Source of the DNA: Paramoeba atlantica
Lineage: Eukaryota; Protista; Discosea
Assembly (NCBI GenBank): GCA_977017575.1
Contig: CDRNVI010000111.1
Location: 1-11,242 of the forward strand
DNA length: 11,242 nt
Reading direction: 5' to 3'
The notes below the pieces were generated by a model. The model saw nothing but the letters and a program-made list of their open reading frames with translations, was not told the origin of the DNA and made no database searches. A program made the position numbers and the translations under genes. Positions 7,477-11,242 of this stretch are shown piece after piece (within the stretch, counting starts at the first letter, position 1; the number at the start of each line of letters is the position of its first letter).

Positions 7477-8511
7477 CGGGACCCAGAGGACGCTGAGGGG
7501 TTCACCCAAGCTGTTCGGGAGGTCAACAAACGCACCGGGACGGCAGTCGTCGAACAGTGCGGATTAATATCAAAAAGCCTCGCATTGTCGATGACCACGC
7601 TTAACTCGAATAACGATGCACAAGAACCTAGCACAGAGCTGGTAATTCCTCGCCAACGCGATCTGAGTCATGCCATCGCTTCCTACGAATTTCGGGAGTC
7701 GTTTGCTCGTGCCGACCTTCGAACGAGGGCCAGATGGACATCGGAAACGGGAGAAGGGGCCTCGGAGTGGGCTTTCGTAATCCCTTCCAAGAAAAGCGGC
7801 TTAGCCTACACACCGACTGAATTCCGTACTCTTGTGCGTTGGTGGCTCGGGGATACTATTTACCCAGCTTTCCGGCCCTGTCCTCTGGAGAAATGCTCGT
7901 TGCCGCTTGACCCCGAGGGTGACCACGCACTGGTATGCAAGTGCGGGCACGGCATAATCGCACGGCACAACGCCATTGCGGGACAGTTCACAACAGAGTG
8001 TGCCAAAGCCGGGTTTACCCCACGGCGAGAAGTGAGTCTGGGGAATACGGGCCCCGGAGGCACCCTCACCAGGCCAGCGGACGTATTTCTTTCCACATTC
8101 GACGTAGGCCAGTCTCTCGTATTAGACTTCGCTGTCACTCACGTCCAGCAGCCAAAGTATACGGACTTAGTCCGTGACGCTAACTGGGTGGCAGCGGGGT
8201 CTTTCGCGGAGCGCTACGCGACGGAAAATAAAAAGAAACAAAGAGAGGAAGCAGAAGCCGCACGCCACAGGTTTGGTGCTATGGTGGTGGAGACCTACGG
8301 GGCATGGAGTCCCAGTGCCTTCGCCATTCTCAAGGAGGTAGCTGCTTCACGGTCAGCGTACTCCGGGGGACTCTCGAAGGGTGAAGCCCTTCATCAACTG
8401 GTGACAACGCTGAACGTCGCCCTCATGAGGACACAAGCTCGTATGCTTGTACTGCGCCTCCCCGCAGCCTCCCCCGATATCTGTGTTAATGGGTACGGGA
8501 ACGAAGAGTAG
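7477..8511 (+). pseudogene. C-terminal fragment of a CRE-like polyprotein (post-RT linker, CCHC knuckle, RLE endonuclease); RT absent
   Basis: The frame is open from 7477 (RDPEDAEG...), upstream of the tracked TTG at 7585. Motifs: ASEW..IPS..G..YTPTEFR..VRWWLG, CPLEKC-x9-H-x3-C, RHN, RREV, RPAD, VLDFAVTH, VVETYGAW. Confidence 0.9.
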
Positions 8512-8713
8512 TCTTCGTGGAACCCGCGGATTTTCTTGGGAGTTTTCTTGGGTGGGGGGCCCTTTTCTATGATGGGGGGATGTGGCCAGCGTCCGGATTT
8601 CCTGCGGATTTTAAGGTACGGGGTTGGCGTTTTGAGGGGAGGTAGGGGTTTTGCTAGTTTTTGGTTTGCTAGTTTCGGGATTAAGACTTTTGGATACGTA
8701 ATTGGACAGTTGT

Positions 8714-8719
8714 AATAAA
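8714..8719 (+). terminator. AATAAA polyadenylation signal of element C
   Basis: The hexamer ends 22 nt before the A14 run. Confidence 0.65.
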
Positions 8720-8741
8720 TGCAAAACACATTGCTATCGTC

Positions 8742-8796
8742 AAAAAAAAAAAAAAGTAGTAAAAAAAAGTAGTAAAAAAGTGTAAAAAAAAGTAGT
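8742..8796 (+). repeat. Compound A-rich repeat: A14-GTAGT-A8-GTAGT-A6-GTGT-A8-GTAGT
   Basis: Read directly from the sequence. Confidence 0.93.
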
Positions 8797-8899
8797 ATAT
8801 ACTTAGGGGAGATTAAATTGCTAGTTTTGGGCTGAGAGAAAAAAACAAAAGGTACATCTGTGGAAACAAAAAGATTTGCTAATTTGATTGCTTATTTTC

Positions 8900-8921
8900 A
8901 AAAAAAAAAAAAAAAAAAAAA
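8900..8921. repeat. A22 homopolymer immediately upstream of the element D coding sequence
   Basis: Counted directly from the sequence. Confidence 0.95.
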
Positions 8922-11242
8922 GAAGCCAATAAAGATCTAGTCGAAGGGGTGAGTACATTCGAGGAGAGTCTTTATACCACGCCACTTCCACCTGATCCCT
9001 CATCTGAATTATTGGAGCGCGCTGACAAGATTGCCTGCGACATTAAGAACTCCACAGAAGGCGAAACGCCAGACACAGGACACCAGAATGCTACCACCGA
9101 AGAAGAACTGTTCTCCAGTGTCCGCCCGACGGAAAGCCCCGAGTTCCAATTCGAAGGAGCCAATTCCTCTTCACTCAGCCAATTAAAGTCCTCTAGCAAG
9201 GCTGTGAAGGAGAAGTACGAGCGCCATAACCGCAGGGTAGGCTGTGCCGAATATGACTATGCTGATAACAGGCTAGTTTTTCCTGATCTCACGCCTCCTG
9301 ATCTTCGCTTCTCAGTAAAGGGTAGCAGTAAAGGCCGTAAAAAGAAGAAACGCCCGAAGGGCATCAATCTTTCTCAGCTGGGTGCAGTGTCCGGGGCCGA
9401 CAGCGAGGAACGCGACAATATAGAGTCCAGCGCGAATTCACCCGGGCCACGCACTCATGCCACCGGAGTCATGGACAGCCCGTCTATCAAATTGTCCCAA
9501 AAGGAACAGAACACTAACACCCCCACGGGTAAGCGTAAACGTCACGTGCAGGTGTCGAAACCAGGGCCACGCGATTCCTCAGATACCGAAAGGCTCAATC
9601 AACCCCCCAATACCACTCCAGAAAAGCCACCTACAGTCAATGGAAACACGCGGAAATGTCCTTCTCAGGGATGTGCATGGCAAACTGTGCCTCACGGGGG
9701 CCAATGGCAATCCTTTTATAACCACGTATCCCACAGACACGGGGACGAGGTGCCTGATACCTGGTGGAACGAGGAGGGACGTTTCCGATGCAGGGATTGC
9801 AACAGGCACTACAACCTAAGCAAACAGGTCACCCATGCCGAAAACTGCGCTTTCCGCTGCTCTTCTCCCCCACCTATCTCCGAACCTACACAGACAGGGG
9901 GCGACCCGAGGGACAACCCTGCATTTTTTGCAGCACAAGCCGTCGCCGAACCCCTTCCCTCCCTGGCGTCAATCTGTTCGACACCTCTCAACACATGCAA
10001 AGACATTCCCAACAGCTGTCGCCAGGGGTGGGCGAAAGTCTTCTGTGAGTGTCTCTCTTCCGCTGTACGAGACAATACAGTTGAGGCCTGGACTCTTCTC
10101 GCCATGCTACCGAAATGCGTACTACCGGCACCTCATCGTGGGGGGAGCAGGGCAAAACTATCGTACGCCTCGCACGTTCGGAAGTGTCTCGCCCGATGGT
10201 CACGGAAAGAATTTCTCCCCCTTTGGAACGAAACAATTGCGAGCCTACAACACAAAAAACGCGTCGCACAAGCACAGAGTCCGGAGGACGAGATAACCAA
10301 ATCTGCTATGCGAGCTGAAAGACTCGTTCGCGACTCGGAACTATCTCGAGCCATGGCTGCCCTAACCTCTGAACCAGTAGCCCCGGATGACGATGATACT
10401 TACACTAAACTCCAAGCTAAGCATCCATCCCGACTCGCTACGTCGGTGAAACCCCTCAGTTCATCGACGGAAATGGGACCAAAACCACTTCGAGCCACAG
10501 AGGAAGACGTAACGCAGGCTCTTGCAACTTTTCACCGGGGGTCATCGGGTGGCGCTTTTGGGCTACGCCCTGAACACGTACAAGTGGCACTAGAGTACCA
10601 CCATGACGGCCGTACGGATCCAGTGGGTACACTGACCGACTTTACGAACCACATGCTCGCGGGGCAAGTGCCGCTCGAAGTTCAGTGCTATTTCGCTGGA
10701 GGCCGCTTATGCGCGTTAAAGAAAGGGGAGCGCGACGTGCGGCCAATAGCGGCCGGAGAGACGCTCCGTCGCCTGGTGAGCAAAGTCGCCTGTCTCTCCG
10801 CCAAAACAACAGCTCGTAAGCTATTCAAAGGACACCAATACGGTGTGGCCACTCCGGCAGGGTCTGAACGCGTCATCCATCGATGCAGACAGACATTCGA
10901 TTCTCACGTTGACGACAATGACTTCATTCTATGCAAAATTGACCTGAAAAACGCATTTAACCATGTCTCACGGGACTGGATCATTGCCCTTACTCGCGAA
11001 CACTTTCCCGCTCTCAGTCACTACGTAGATTGGTGTTACTCTTCGGACAGCCTACTTACTTTCGGAACACGCACCATTCCGTCTTCTGAAGGAGTGCAAC
11101 AAGGCGACCCCTTAGGTCCTCTCCTTTTTTCCCTGGTCCTGAGAGAAGTAGCGGCGGAAATTCACGCGGTAGCCCCAATGCTCGATTTGAATCTGTGGTA
11201 TCTGGACGACGGGGTGCTGGCTGGATCATCTGCTGATGTGCG
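8922..11242 (+). mobile_element. CRE-clade non-LTR retrotransposon, element D; continues past the window end and is possibly 5'-truncated
   Basis: Long RT-bearing ORF of CRE type. The 5' boundary is inferred from the A22 junction. Confidence 0.85.
8922..11242 (+). CDS. Partial CRE-like polyprotein (not in the ORF track): two N-terminal zinc fingers plus RT; first ATG at 9471
   Basis: Manual translation shows no stop from 8883 to the window end. C-x4-C-x16-H-x4-H at 9657-9740 and C-x2-C-x11-H-x3-C at 9789-9848. Then WTLLAMLPKCVL..RGG, SSGGAFGLRPEH, RLCALKKGERDVRPIAAGETLRRLVSK, HQYGV..GSERVIH, IDLKNAFN, GVQQGDPLGPLLFSL, WYLDDG. Confidence 0.94.

Larger units (their letters stand above)
7476..8755 (+). 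mobile_element. 5'-truncated CRE-clade non-LTR retrotransposon, element C
   Basis: Coding sequence starts abruptly after A26. It has the C-terminal knuckle and RLE, a G/T-rich 3' UTR, AATAAA at 8714-8719 and A14 at 8742-8755. Confidence 0.88.

Noticed and set aside
7438-7509. ORF-track N-terminal extension of B (MGEPLSVLWVPVFFFFFFFF)
   Set aside because: It reads through the T26 tract into the antisense of element C. The plausible start is ATG 7437.
8394-8729. 111-aa Pro/Lys-rich minus-strand ORF
   Set aside because: It is the antisense reading of C's G/T-rich 3' UTR, a compositional artefact.
8803-8808. TTAGGG suggesting a telomere-targeted element
   Set aside because: Single hexamer with no tandem array.
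1127-10876. The many 60-150-aa ORFs overlapping elements A-D
   Set aside because: They are alternative-frame or antisense shadows of the long ORFs with no recognisable motifs.

Overview
Eukaryotic repeat-cluster DNA with no recognisable host gene; almost the whole window is non-LTR retrotransposons. (A) ~113-4100, minus strand: an apparently intact CRE-clade element with one 1193-aa ORF (RT, CCHC knuckle, restriction-like endonuclease), a 3' UTR with a 69-bp tandem duplication, and an A10 tail. (B) 4126-7449, minus strand: an intact RTE-like LINE (APE endonuclease plus RT, ~1103 aa from ATG 7437). It sits head-to-tail with A across a 214-bp structured spacer that holds a 31-35-bp hairpin. (C) 7476-8755, plus strand: a 5'-truncated CRE-type 3' fragment with AATAAA and a poly(A) tail. 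(D) 8922 to the window end, plus strand: a second, divergent CRE-type ORF with two N-terminal zinc fingers and RT. It is missing from the ORF track because it runs off the window. C and D each begin directly after a long A-tract (A26 and A22). I translated D and located all hairpins and repeats by hand. Clade calls rest on motif recognition, not database searches, and the host organism cannot be identified from this window.
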